From Octopus bimaculoides (Eukaryota), in NCBI RefSeq assembly GCF_001194135.2, contig NC_068991.1, forward strand, positions 51,888,020 to 51,952,019: a stretch of DNA of 64,000 nt, given 5' to 3'. A program made the translations under genes and the position numbers. The notes beneath the pieces are model-generated. The model was not told the DNA's origin, made no database searches, and saw only the letters and a program-made list of their open reading frames with translations. How positions within the stretch are numbered: the stretch's first letter is position 1; each line of letters starts with the position of its first letter. This document shows positions 49,380 through 62,691 of this stretch, one piece after another.

Positions 49380-51020
49380 TAAGTCAATTTACTTCGGCCC
49401 CATTTTCAAGTGCTGGGTCACTGCAAATTACAGTAGTATGTGTTCAGTGGTCAGAATGAATGGCCACCTTTCGGAACTATTCAGTATCATGCACTCAAGT
49501 CGCCAAGGCTGTCCGCTCTCGTTTCTTCTGTAAGCTTTAACTCTAGAGCCACCACCTCGGAAATTGAAGAACATACAGCGCGAATTAGCGTGGTGTGCAT
49601 CTGTGTCGGCATATGCGGAAAACTTCACCGTCATAGTGTCGAACACTGAGCAAGTACATCCAGTAAATCGGCACTGCTCTAGGGCAAGACGAGATGATGA
49701 CAAGAGAGAAAAATTAACCGCGGGATGTCATCAGGCAAGCAACACGGCATCTGAAGAAGCAGGTCCATGCTGTCCAACAGAACCATGGTCACTGGACGAA
49801 CTGGCCTACTAGAAATCTCGTACTCTGGTTTGCCTGAGGCCTCCATTTGGACAAGAACTAGTACAAGGTGACGAACAGTGTGGCCAGTCTTATTCAGAAA
49901 TGGGCTGAAAAGAAGTTTCCCTTGAAAGATCGGGAAGAGAAGGCGAATGCCTACAACGCATATCGTGGTTAACGATGTGCAGTCTTGCGCGGGGCGTGCA
50001 ACATCTTCAACCTGTCCTTGTCAATGGACTGGTGTGGTCATCATTTGTCAGACATATTTTCTTCAGCTCGTCTCATTGACAGAGTTACAGCCCTGGATCA
50101 AGCGAAGACCGAGACAGGGCGCTTGGGATCTGGAATTTCGACAGAATGCTTGGCATCTGGATTTCGTCAATGCAGTCGGGGGAAATTCCATGGCGATTAA
50201 TAAAGGATTAGTAGCGAAAAAGTACGATGACGTTCTTGGGAAAACTCGAAGCGTCGCTTAAAAATCAACGGGCTATTCTGCTCGGGACGACTTTCGGTTC
50301 ACAACCCATAGATAATTTCCAGAAATCCTCGGCTTGAGAGTGCTACCGGGTGGCGTTGCTGGTTCAAGATACGCTCTATAGGTACGGAAGCATCGTCAGC
50401 CGGACTTATCTGAGGCGCATGCAGAGCGACGAAAGCGTACTGCACGAGCATTGCCGATTTATGGGTTTATGTCAAGCACCTGCTCCTGCATATAAAACGG
50501 ATCCAACTCTCACCTGAGTCCATATTGAGGATTAATCCACCACTACCCTTTGGCCGAGAAAAGCGGACAGTCTTCGTCTGCCTGTAGGCATGGTGAAAGA
50601 GGTCATATGGTGAACGAGACTGAAAGGGCTGAAGATAGACACCTTCCTCTTTAACCAAGCCCTTGTCAACTTGAAAAGGAAACTGAGAACAAGGAAGGAA
50701 GTGTTGCCTACCAGGAAATTCGTTGAAATGGGGATGAGAGCGTCAATCATGGTCCGAATGAACGAGCCTGCTCTGAGTATGCGCTTTTAGATTAGAGAGA
50801 GCGTTTGGCTCAGAGTTTGGGGTGACTGACCATGCATTTTGTGCTGTTTTCATGGGTAACCCTCGGATTTCTCTTCGCACTCACGGGCAAATTTTCATTG
50901 TTTAAAATTATATTGTTACCTTGTTTTTGTTGTAACCAGCGTACATGTTTCAAAACCCTCTGCGTTTTTCTGTTTTGTCAAAATGTCTTTCTTACCTTAT
51001 AAAAAAACGAAAACAAAGCC
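49380..51020 (+). mobile_element. Tx1-like LINE (RT to 3' UTR), decayed
   Basis: SRQGCPLS, SAYAENFTVIV, LVSLTELQPWIKRRPRQGAW, LKRKLRTRKEVL; followed by (CAT)n(TAT)n. Confidence 0.85.
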
Positions 51021-51054
51021 TCGTCGTCATCATCATTATCATCATCATCATCAC

Positions 51055-51093
<39 letters not shown>

Positions 51094-51459
51094 CATCATC
51101 ATCATTAGCATTATTATTATGATTTGGTTTTGCTTTAATTTATACGAGTTGAACCCAAGTCAACCAGAGACGCCAAGAGACAACAAGGTTTTGCATCTGA
51201 AGATGCTAACAGATAAGGTGCCATGCAATTGAAAACACTAATGCCTATGGGAGACAGAAAAGGATACAGAATGAGTAAGGTTACGTTTACATGAAGAGAA
51301 ATTTACGTAGAATATCTGAGGTATCCATAAGTGTAATCTTTTGTAATTCTCTTATTTTGGGGCTGCCAGGGATTTGGCCTACATACTTGTTTGCCCCGTT
51401 TGATATTTACGTAATTTGTTGCGTACAATATATAAGATAACCAGACAACAGTAAAACAA

Positions 51460-51658
51460 TGTAACGAACTAACAAATCTCTTTACAAACCAACAGTCAAT
51501 ATTCCTTGTGAACTAACCAATCGAAACCTTCCGACTTCACTGCGAACTAACGCGAATTTTATTCGACTCCAAACCCTGAACTCACTCGGATCGTTACTAC
51601 TTATACTTTACTCGGACCAGTCTATCTCTCGCAAGAGGGCACTATAACTCTCATCACA
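51460..51658 (-). mobile_element. 3' LTR of Gypsy element (TG...CA, ~199 bp)
   Basis: tgtaac...atcaca ends; polypurine tract ggaaagaaaaaagggaga on minus immediately upstream; aataaa inside. Confidence 0.72.
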
Positions 51659-52995
51659 GCATCTCCCTTTTTTTCTTTCCAGCACCTTTCCTTCTCTAGC
51701 TGTTGTATCTTAATTGTTGCCCGACTTTTAAGGTAGTATTGTTCGTTGCACACAGCGCTTTCTCTTTTCGTTGAACTAAACACTCTTTTTTTTTCTTTTT
51801 TTGAAAATTTAATATCTTTTTCGTTTAAGTATTCCAGATATTTAGCCTGTTTTAGTTTTCTGAAGCTAGTTCTACAAGGTTCAATATCCTTTCGGTACTG
51901 GCACTTCAAACATACCATAGAAGACTTCCATTGGTATTACCCTTCTTCTGTATGTCTTATCTTTAACTGTTTAAGGTGTCTCTTATGTTCCGAGCGTTAT
52001 CTTTTAATTAAATACATCATGTTACCTAATCTTTTGATTAAACATCCATCCTCCCAACCTTCTTTGCCATTTTTGTAATTTTTAAAATGAACTTTATCTC
52101 CTACTTTGAAATGTTTTGAAATATTTCTTGTATTTCCTTCAAATGTATTTTTTGTCTTTCCTTTATATGTTTTTTTTTTCCTGACAATAATTTATCGAAG
52201 ATCGATTTTATTTTACGCGAACATTAACTCTGCTGGTGACTTTCCTGAATTNNNNNNNNNNNNNNNNNNNNNNNNNNNNNNNNNNNNNNNNNNNNNNNNN
52301 NNNNNNNNNNNNNNNNNNNNNNNNNNNNNNNNNNNNNNNNNNNNNNNNNNNNNNNNNNTATCTAGCTCGTTCCTAGCTTTCCTAAGAGCTCTTTTGAACG
52401 TGTCAAATCTTCCCGCCTGCCTATTTGCCCTCGGGTGGTAGGGCAGGGTAAAGATATGCCTTATAGCATGTAATTCGCAGAAATTTCTTAATTCATATCC
52501 CGTGAATTGTGTTCCATTATCTGAAACTAACGTGTCCGGAACACCGTATGGAACAAATAACTCGAGTAGGAACTTTATTGTTGTCTTTGCTGTGGGTTTT
52601 TACATCTGCATACTCCTGGCCTCTTTGTATAGCTATCCACAACGATTAGATAGCATGCACCATTCACTGGTCCAGCATAATCGGTGTGTATCCTGGACAT
52701 GGGCTCTCATTCTCCGGCCACGATTGGTATTTTACTGGTGGTACTTTGGTTGTCAGTGCGCAAATTCTACATGCTTTCACCAATTTCTCGATGTCCGTGT
52801 CCACAGTCGTCCAATATACAAAGCTCCTCATTAAAGGCAAATATAATGACACTTCTCTTCACTGAGTGTGAAACTATAATCCTTAATTTTTTAAAGACAC
52901 ACTTCACTTCGATATGCTCATTCCGCGATTCGCTTTTGATTAATACGTCATCAAGGTAAGGAATAACAATTTGTAAGTCTGCCAGCATCGCATCC
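51659..52995 (-). mobile_element. Gypsy LTR-retrotransposon internal remnant (RT stub fused to integrase)
   Basis: IPYLDDVLI; LMRSFVYW..DIEKLVKACRICAL..PPVKYQSWP; VVDSY..GVPDTLVSDNGTQF..LPYHP. Confidence 0.85.
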
Positions 52996-54220
52996 ATCAC
53001 CTGTTGAACGAGGTGACGAACGAGGTAACTTGTCTTACCCAGGAATGGGCAGAGAGGAAGTTGTCCTTGAAAGGTCGGGCAGAGGTGGCGAATGCCTACA
53101 TCGCCTCTGTCATTATTTATCGTCTGATCATCGTACCATGCCACAGTTTCTGCTTGATTAAGTTGGAGCGTATCCTGTTTATTTTCTTGTGGAAGAGACA
53201 CGTGTCAATGGTCAGACGGTCAGTCTGCGTGGCGGCCTTTCCGCAGCTCGTCTCCTTGACGAAGCAGCAGTCCTGCGTAAAGTCCTAGAATGTCGCCAGG
53301 CCCTCACTGTCCTCTACAAGCCGGGCAATAGGATCGGTAGATGTTCCACTTTAGCTATATACAGAGGATTAGTAGCGGGGAAGTGCGACGGCGTCCTTGA
53401 GGAAACTCTAAGCGTTGACGAAGACGAACGGACAAGTCTATTCCGGAGGACATTCCATTCGGTGACTATTGTGGATAATTTGCAGATGTCTTAGGCCTGG
53501 TAGTGCTGCCGGGGTGCGCTACCGATCCGAGATAAACTCTACAGACATAGATGTACCGTCAGACGGGCTTGTCCGAGGTGCTCACAGATGTTCTACATGC
53601 ACGCATTCAGTGTTTGGGCATTGCTAACTTGTGGAGTTTATGTCGAACAGCTGCTGTCGCGTGTGGGACGGATCCATCTGTCAGCTGAGTCCATAATGAT
53701 GATTGCCTTACCGTCCTACTTTAATTGGGCAGGCAAGGCAGTTTTCCTTTGCCTGGTGATTGTGACGCAAGAGATTGTCTGGTGGACGAGGTTGAAAGGA
53801 ATGAGAGCAGAAACATCCCTCTTCGACTGCTCCAAGTTTCAATTGAAATGGTGAAGGGGAGGGGGAAATGCTGTCCTCAGGTGAATTTATCAATAGGTGG
53901 GTTGAAAGTTACGAAAATGGCAAGTGTGGATGGTACCACTCTCAGCGTAGTCCTATGAGTCGGAGGAAAGGAGTTGAAGAAGGCACTCTTCCTTGGTATT
54001 CAGGGTGATTTTAGATGGTGGGGTTCCTCGATTATCCCTAGAGGTCCTCCTTATCGGGAGGGCTCCATCATTCATTTTTTTCCCTTCTAGTACCGTATAT
54101 TATGCAAACTTCCCTTCTTTTAATGTATACCGTGTATACTTTTTTTTAAAAATTGTCATTTTATCATCTGCAACCTCCAACGCTTTGTGTCTGTCCTTCG
54201 CCCTTGAGGCAAATAAAAGA
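52996..54220 (+). mobile_element. Tx1-like LINE 3' part with (TTA)n tail
   Basis: KLSLKGRAEVANAYIASVIIYRL; VWWTRLKGM; ends cgcccttgaggcaaataaaag + (TTA)n. Confidence 0.85.
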
Positions 54221-54221
54221 A

Positions 54222-54263
<42 letters not shown>

Positions 54264-55585
54264 CGCTTCCCAGCACAATTTCTTAACGTGCACCTTTTGA
54301 CATATCAATTTTCTGTTGAAGTTCCTGTAGAAGGAGACCTCAAGCGAAATGTGACAGACTAGCTTTGCATGGGTCAACGCTTGTGCTGTAGTTGTTGTTG
54401 TTGTTGTTGTTGTCGTTGTTATTGCACCTGTATTGTTATTGTGCTGGAGAGAAAACTTACACTGGTAATTCGAACTATGCAACGACGACTAAAGCGTTCG
54501 TATTCTCCAAACCGATTCTCTATTACATGTTATCAGATATCTCTTGTTAAACAACTTGGGATTCTTTGCCAAGGAAGCTCACATTCATGCATTTTTTTCT
54601 TTTATAAAAAAAAAAAACCCAGCTGACATAAATTTCGTGACAAACGTTAAACATACCTTTTATAGTGAACAACTACTTGACTAAGGCTGAAATGAGTCAG
54701 TCTTCCTAATAATTTTCACATCGAAATCATCACAAAACGGTCGTCGTCGTCGTTGTTGTTGTTGTTGTTGCTGCAAAAAACCACTTCGATAATGACAACA
54801 TCGATGACAATAAAATAACAATGGAAACAGCAATAGGGTTTACATTCATCGGCCCAAAATCAAATAAACGAATAAATAAAATAACGAAGGAAAATATAGA
54901 CATATGCGATAGGAATCACTTCATTAATCCGGTTTTTAAGGTATTTTGTCCCAGTATGGGCAACAGTAATAATGAAGATGGCGATGATGATGATTTCAGT
55001 GGTGGTGATAGTGGTAGTGACAACGACGACGACTGACGATAGTCTAAAATGGAGTTCGTGACCTAGATAATAATATTAATAATACTAAAAAGATAATGTC
55101 AGTTGTATTAGTATATTCGCAAACAGTTATGTCCAGCCATTTTGTCATGACTGGGTATGGGTAAGTCAAATGACTAAACACAGAACGTCTAGACAAATAT
55201 TCTGCCAAGTGTAAGAGTCAATTTGTTAAGGAGACTATAATTCAATTTAATTGATGTTGCTATCCATCAATATGTGTGTGTGTGTGTGTGTGTATGTATA
55301 TGTGTCTGTGTGTGTATAGATAGATAGATAGATAGATAGATACGTATACATGGGCCTCAACTATGCAAACCTGTTCATTTATTGTCATTTATTTACGAGT
55401 ATTATAAATTTTATAGGTAAAATATTTGTCTGGGAACGAATTACGATTTATAACATTACTACTATGGAAAATTATTGCTCTGCTTTACGAGTTTTTGCTT
55501 TATGAGTGGTCTCTGGGAACAGGTTAACTCGTATGTCGAAGCATTATTATATATAGAGAGATAGATAGGTTAGTTATATTAAGCT

Positions 55586-55629
<44 letters not shown>

Positions 55630-55638
<9 letters not shown>

Positions 55639-55839
55639 GTGTGTGTCTGTCTGTCCTTCCACCATCACCGGACAACCGGTTTTGGTGTTTACGTCCCCGT
55701 AATTTAACGGTTCGTCAAAAGAATCCGACAGAATATGCACCAAGCTTATCAAAATTAAGTACTAGGGTAGATTCATTCGACTAAAAATTTTATCAAAGCG
55801 CTTCTCCCGCATGTTTGCAGTCTAATAAATGAAACAAGT

Positions 55840-55850
<11 letters not shown>
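55630..55850 (+). mobile_element. SINE family B 3' half
   Basis: tgtttacgtccccgtaatttaacggttcg...ttcattcgactaaaa. Confidence 0.75.
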
Positions 55851-55885
<35 letters not shown>

Positions 55886-56132
55886 TGTATGTATGTATGT
55901 AATATTCACGCGACGGATGTCCAAACGCAAACCTGGAAGTACGTATAATACTACTACTCTATAGCACAGGGTAAATCTGAAGATGGACGAGCTTTATACA
56001 GTACTCTACTACGTTCTTATGCCATATATATACAATTGCCATGCCATAGTAAGCACTTGGTTAAAAATACGTAGGTACACATCCAGTAGTATATTGGACA
56101 TTTAATATTCCTCCGATAGTTTAACCTCTAAG

Positions 56133-56176
<44 letters not shown>

Positions 56177-57299
56177 CCTCTAATAGAGGGAGTTGGGTTT
56201 GTAATCTGTCGCCGAGATTTAAGATTCAAATAACTCAGTGCATCATATATGTACACTAAAGTTTGCTGAATGTATGATGAGTATTTCTTAATAGCCTAAT
56301 GTACATAGTTATAAACAGGTATCACAATCTGTAGTGGTTTGCTCCTCTACGCAGCGGCCCTACAGTTCACAATAACGTCTAATTCCTTATCTTTTATTAC
56401 CGAGTTCTTTATGGATATTTCCATTAAAAAAAAGACATTACGGTCCGACGGATCTTGTTTATGAGTTAATAAATTTGATCCCCCATTGAGAGATGCCCAT
56501 GACCACGAGGTATCAAATAACAGACGCGTTGTCTAAATAAGATATATACTTATACATAGCATGGCAATGATAACGAAAACTTTCATATAGTCGTCTACCC
56601 GCCCCGTCCCTCATTAGCGACATTTACAAAGTGACTGATAATATTTCAGTTTAGCGGTGTTATCAAGGATAGATTTGCTGAAGCCATGGTCATTAGTCGA
56701 GTCAAGCAGGTGTTCTGTCGTAAACAGAAACCATATTTCGTGGCCTCGACCAAAACGTTCCAATCAACGCTTTTTGGTATTGTGCAACTTGAGTGAGAAG
56801 AAGAATGAATTCATTGAAATCAGTGTGACACCTTTTTGTCAAATTGAAAACCGTTTCGTCTATTATTACCACGGTAGTCACGTGGCTATCATTAGACGCT
56901 AAGCTTCAATACAAAGAAACCCCCCGTAAATATAAGAATAACGAGGAAGATTGGACGCTTAATTTCTAATCTCTTGCTTCAATGTATTTGGAAATAAAGA
57001 GAGACTTGTTACAAGGAAACGCGGGAATAATTATGCAGAAGATAAAGGGAAGATTCGTTCGAGAAAATTGTTATTTTATGGAAAATTACACTTGAAATAT
57101 TCTCTGTTGATTGAATACAAAAGTACGTCACTGCTGCTGCTGTTGTTGCTGTTCATGATGATGATGATGTAGGTGAGGATAGGGACAACAACTACAATTT
57201 CTAACTTCAGCACACGGTAACACATTTTTTAAGGCAGAGATATACTTGATTTGTCTCCCAGTATACTTGAAACACTGTATCAATTTTAGAAAGGTAAAG

Positions 57300-57452
57300 A
57301 ACAAAGAAGAAGAAGAAGAAGGAGGAGGAGGAGGAGAAGGAAGAGGAGGAAGAGGAGGAGGAGGAGGACNNNNNNNNNNAGGAGGAGGAGGAGGAGAAGG
57401 AAGAGGAGGAGGAGGAGGAGAAGGAAGAGGAGGAAGAGGAGGAGGAGGAGGA
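57300..57452. repeat. (GAA)n/(GGA)n purine microsatellite
   Basis: Directly visible. Confidence 0.95.
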
Positions 57453-57639
57453 CCATGTCAGTATCAAGATAAAGTATCTTATCGCCACGTATCTTCTACA
57501 AAAGTTTCCACTTTAGCGAAATGCACTCGAATGGTTTCTATTTAATTATAAATTAAGATTTTAATGTGGTGCAAAATGGTGAATCCCATGAAATCAGTTC
57601 CTAACACGATTTTCTTCACTATCTAATTGATAAGCTTTC

Positions 57640-58070
57640 AGTATTTAGACAAGTTTTGTCACCACACTCTGCATGGAATTCATTTGGTGTATGCTAGGGA
57701 TCATCTTCTGATGAACCAAGTAGCATCAGCCGATCGATATTCGCTCTACGGCAAGTCTTTGAAGAATCGTGGAAATTGCGCCAAAAGATGTACGGTTGCT
57801 TTGTAGACCTCAAACAGGGACATGACCGCGTGCCACAGGATATGTAGAAATTTTGCAAGAGTCATGAATTAATGGGCAACTTTTCGTTGCCGTGAAGTCC
57901 CTATATGAATGCCTAGATGTTTGTGTTCGGGTGAAGTCGGAACCTTTCAAAGTAGGTGTTGGACTTCGGCAGGGGAGCGTATTGTCACCTCTCCTCTTGG
58001 TAATTTTTATATGCTGGGTCGACATGCGCAGCCGTTGTGGGAGTAGTATCACAATCGATGTATGTATATG
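57640..58070 (+). mobile_element. RTE-type LINE RT fragment
   Basis: FALRQVFEESW, FVDLKQ..DRVP, VGVGLRQGSVLSPLL. Confidence 0.75.
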
Positions 58071-58099
58071 TGAAATGCAAAATAAAAATTCAGTCATCA

Positions 58100-59480
58100 C
58101 AAAAATCAACATTTTAATCAATATTTTTTTCTAAAAATCATAAAGCTAATATAGCAATAAACTTTTTAAATATGTAATGAAAAGGTAAAAACTGGTAATG
58201 GTAAAAAAAAAATAATAATAGAAAAGAAATAGGTTTATGAGAAATTTAGAAAACAGTTTTGAGTTATAAACATTAGAGTTTAGAAACAGAGAGTAAGTGT
58301 CTATAACAAGATTAAGAATATAGAAGATAGCCTTTAATACTATTGCAAGACTAAAGATAGTGAGTCTAGAAAGAAACAAGGAGGGGGACAATAGAATCAA
58401 TAAGGAAACGGATTGTAGAAATCAAACTAGCGGTTATAAGGAGACCACACAAAGGATAAAAAAATGGATGTTATAAGACTAGGTTAGGAAGAATAAGAAC
58501 ATACACTATTTAAAGACGAAGGCTCTATAAAAGGAACGAAAACGGACTATGCAATAAATAAATATCGATATCACACAAAGAATAAAGCTAAAAAAGGTAG
58601 AAGTGGAAGAAATAAAGTTAAGGATGATACAAAGAACAAAGGAAACTATCGACAGTTGTACAAGATTAGAGATCTAGACTGTAAAAAGACAAATTATGCA
58701 TATACAATTAAAAAGGTAAAGACAGAAGTTTTACAACGAATAAAGACAGAAACTACAGAATGAATTTAAAAAATAAAACAACTGTATAAGGCCCACAGTG
58801 ACAATAATAAGAATAAAGATAGAGTCTATCTTTAAGACAATGACTAAAAAAGGAAAATGATAGAGATTACGGAAGGAATAAGCAATGAGGCTATAAGAAT
58901 AATTAAGAGAAAAACTATAGAAAGACTATAGGCAAGACACTGAAAAATGGTTGTTAGTATACAAATGCAAGCAGACTATTCTGACAGTCTGTTTGTATTT
59001 GTATGTTCTGTAGAGTGAAAGACAACGACGGGAGAAAGTTCTACAAGAGAAATATAAAGATCTACAAAGAAAAGAATTATACTGAAAAATCTGCAGCATC
59101 TAATAAAACAACAGTATTAGAATAGTGTGGGTGAGAAAACGAAGAAATGATAGTATATTGGTAAAAATGAGGCTAAAATTTTTTTTGAAAGATTCATGAA
59201 AGCATCCATCATGACAGAAGACAAAATAACAATGAAAAGTATAAAATGCGCACTAATCACGAAGACAGTTGTTATTTTGAATGGAATATCGTAGAGATTC
59301 ACCGATATTGTTATACACAGTCGTAATTCTGTTGAAGACAACCCTCAACAGAAAAATCGGTGGAATTAAGAAAAAAGTGACATGTAGGAGTTTAGAGAAG
59401 CTTATTTATAAATCGTTTCCAGATTGTTTAAACTCCAGGCTATATAGGAGGGTATCCTGGACATATCCCGAGTAAGGATA
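58100..59480 (+). mobile_element. Possible very old A-rich LINE remnant
   Basis: Strong A bias and scattered motif-like words only. Confidence 0.25.
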
Positions 59481-60234
59481 CAGGCGGAGACAACAGATGA
59501 TGGCACAGAAGTTAGCATTGACATATGGGTGAGGATGATTTTACACTGAATTTTATAAGCAATTCAGCAGCATGTCAGTAATTATAAATATATCGACATT
59601 TTAGATGTTTTAATAATTTCGTGCTTTCGAAGCATTTTCAATCGGTCTCTCCTTTCGTACAATTGGATAACTTTCAAGATGTCATCACTCGATTACGAAT
59701 TTCATCTAATGGCTTTCTATGGCTACTTACACGCACGCACACGCACACACACACGCACACACACACAACATTTCATGCTCCTGTCATCTCTATCACAAAA
59801 TGAATAAAGCGGTAGCTTTATTTATAAACTTTTAATTATGATAAATTAATTATCAATTCCATAAAATTGTACGAATTTCAAAGAGGCATTGTAAATTCGA
59901 TAGTCAGTGGATTTGAAACTATGTTTGATTTGAGAACTCACCTATAACATGTTAAGTGTAGACGTGGAGAGAAGAGGTAGGAGATAAAATAAAAAGCGAG
60001 CATTAAGTTTTGCAGATGAAGTTTAGGTTAAAATTAGGATTAAGAATTTTAAAGTTTATCGCGATAGATTATCTATAAAATTCAGAGCCAGCACTGATTT
60101 GTTACAATGTTTTCTATACAAATATATCTATATAGATAATGCGATCGAAGATAGAAAAAAAATAGGTAATGGGTGTACATGCATATCTCAAGCCTGAAGT
60201 CTTGTACTCTAACACCCTTGTTAATTCGCCGCCT

Positions 60235-60618
60235 GTGGAGGCGCAATGGCCCAGTGATTAGGGCAGCGGACTCGCGGTCATAAGATCGCGGTTTCGATTC
60301 CCAGACCGGGTGTTGTGAGTGTTTATTGAGCGAAAACACCTAAAGCTCCACGAGGCTCCGGCAGGGGATGGTGGCGAACCCTGCTGTACTCTTCCACCAC
60401 ACCTTTCTCTCACTCTTACTTCCTGTTTCTGTTGTGCCTGTAATTCAAAGGGTCAGCCTTGTCACACTGTGTCACGCTGAATATCCCCGAGAACTACGTT
60501 AAGGATACACGTATCTGTGGAGTGCTCAGCCACTTGCACGTTAATTTCACGAGCAGGCTGTTCCGTTGATCGGATCAACTGGAACCCTCGACGTCGTAAG
60601 CGAAGTGCCAACAACAAC
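60235..60618 (+). mobile_element. SINE family A with (CAA)n tail and 12-bp TSD
   Basis: aattcgccgcct at 60223-60234 and 60619-60630. Confidence 0.93.
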
Positions 60619-61013
60619 AATTCGCCGCCTATAAGAGAATGAAATTGTTCTAACCGAGGATCGAAACCGAGTGGCAAACTTGACTTGATGGGAGTGTACT
60701 TGTGAGAGAGCTTCTTCGTCATAACTTGTTCTGCCTGGAACAGTAGCCAAAAAGGTTCTCATCAAATTATACCCACCGTCTTAAAAAAGAAAGGAGTCAG
60801 TGGATAATACAGTATAGAAAGCGGAGATGGTTGTGGCTGGAGTGTCTTTTATTGAGGTCTGTTCTATTGGAGTTGACTTGGGGTTAAACAACAGCCACAA
60901 GAGAGGGGGAGAGAGAATTACGTGTAACTACACAAGTCTCTTCTTTTCTGTCAAGATGATAGTGTAATCAAGGATTGGATGGGTCCCAGTAAATTATATT
61001 TTGCTTTTATTTT

Positions 61014-61749
61014 GGATCTATTTTAAAACGGGGGCGCCAGTATTTTCTTAACGAAACGCTTTGAAACTTGGGACACTGGTAGAATGTGTCATATAAAACA
61101 TCTTTTACTCTTAGTCTTCTTAACAAAAAAAAGGAATTCGCAAGTTTATTCCATGTTAAAGTTGTCGTATTTCTGTAATTTCAACCAATCACTGACGTCT
61201 ATTCAGCTCAATAAGAGTTACTGCTGGGCGGTCATAAAAATGTTATTCCCTGTGACATATTTCATCCGGTTTAATCGTAATTTATACGCATATATTGTTT
61301 ATATAATAAATTACGCTGTGCGTATCTATCTATGTGTGTAACAATTTTAGAGTTCGGATTCTAGAGTTAGGGTTAGTTTTAGGGTTAGGGTTAACAGTCT
61401 AGTTAGGGTTAGGGGATTAATACGATATACACCGTTACAGCGCTAACTGTTTTCAACTGGATAGACGTCAGTGATTANNNNNNNNNNNNNNNNNNNNNNN
61501 NNNNNNNNNNNNNNNNNNNNNNNNNNNNNNNNNNNNNNNNNNNNNNNNNNNNNNNNNNNNNNNNNNNNNNNNNNNNNNNNNNNNNNNNNNNNNNNNNNNN
61601 NNNNNNNATGAAATAAATTCGAATACAAAAATATTTTTCTGTTCTATAACACAAAATAGATAAGTATACGAAGTTTGAAAGTCTTTCCGTACCAAAAACA
61701 CTACATAAAGCATAAATGAAAACTGGCGCCCCCGTTTTAAAATAGATCC
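61014..61749. mobile_element. Non-autonomous DNA transposon: perfect 28-bp TIRs, 8-bp TSD, internal TTAGGG repeats
   Basis: ggatctattttaaaacgggggcgccagt and its exact complement; tttatttt at 61006-61013 and 61750-61757. Confidence 0.92.
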
Positions 61750-61804
61750 TTTATTTTATCAGTTTTGGTAAGATGAAAATCTAAATTAACTAAGAGACAG
61801 AGGT

Positions 61805-61811
61805 GAGGAAT

Positions 61812-61851
<40 letters not shown>

Positions 61852-61890
61852 TAGAGAGAGAGAGAGATAGAGAGAGAAAGAGAGCAAAGA
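61805..61890. repeat. (GA)n microsatellite
   Basis: Directly visible. Confidence 0.95.
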
Positions 61891-62656
61891 CTAAATACTT
61901 TACAGTATTTAGTCCGACGCTCTATTATTTCTACCAAGACGCTGCTCTTCCAAACAGCCGGTATCGAATGCTTTAATTGTCCAGTTGTTGGCAGCTCCAT
62001 ACAGGCAGCCATCTGTGTCTATTGCTGAGAAGAATTAATAACATTCTTCCTGTTCGAAAACGAAATCTCCAATAGAATTGGCAGAGAGATTAACATCTGG
62101 CCGAGTTATAATCTAACAGGCGTAATGTCAGAAAGTAGAGTTTAATGCGATACTTAACATAGAGTGGAGGGGAATCAGTAAATTTGGAACGACTAGAAAA
62201 ACTTTATTTAGAGAAAAAAAAAAAAATCATGTTAACCGGTGTAAAGCTGTGAATGTTGCCCATAAAACATGGTTATGAAATTCTCTTTCCAGTGGCAAAG
62301 CATTCAGCGGGGGAACTCTAGCTAATCAGAAACAGATTTCTATGAGAAGAATATAAAAAAAAAAAAGAGAGAAAAGAAGAAATACAAAAATATAAATAAC
62401 AGGAAAACAACTACTGTTGGCTGCTGCCAAGTTAGTTTCCCTGCTGTAGGATTAAAATTCCAGATTTTATATTCTTTGCAGCTTCTGTTTTCTTCTCGGA
62501 TTCTAAATAAATATTTGTGGCCGATTCCATTAAAAGATAGAACAACCAGTATATTTGGGTGGTTACGACTCTTGAAATGTTGTATATATACACACAGGCT
62601 AGTGGCAGTGCGAGTGCTTGTGTGTGTGTGTGTAGGTGGTGGTGGGGGGGGGGTAA

Positions 62657-62691
<35 letters not shown>

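Noticed and set aside
51198-51240. CTGAAGATGC...GCAATTGAAAAC hammerhead-like motif
   Set aside because: Extra bases before GAAA, no cleavage triplet and no stem I
54821-55036. 71-aa ORF with an acidic tail
   Set aside because: Driven by GAT/GAC/GGT trinucleotide repeats; no domain
61367-61414. True telomere or chromosome-fusion scar
   Set aside because: Only five interrupted units, enclosed within MITE TIRs
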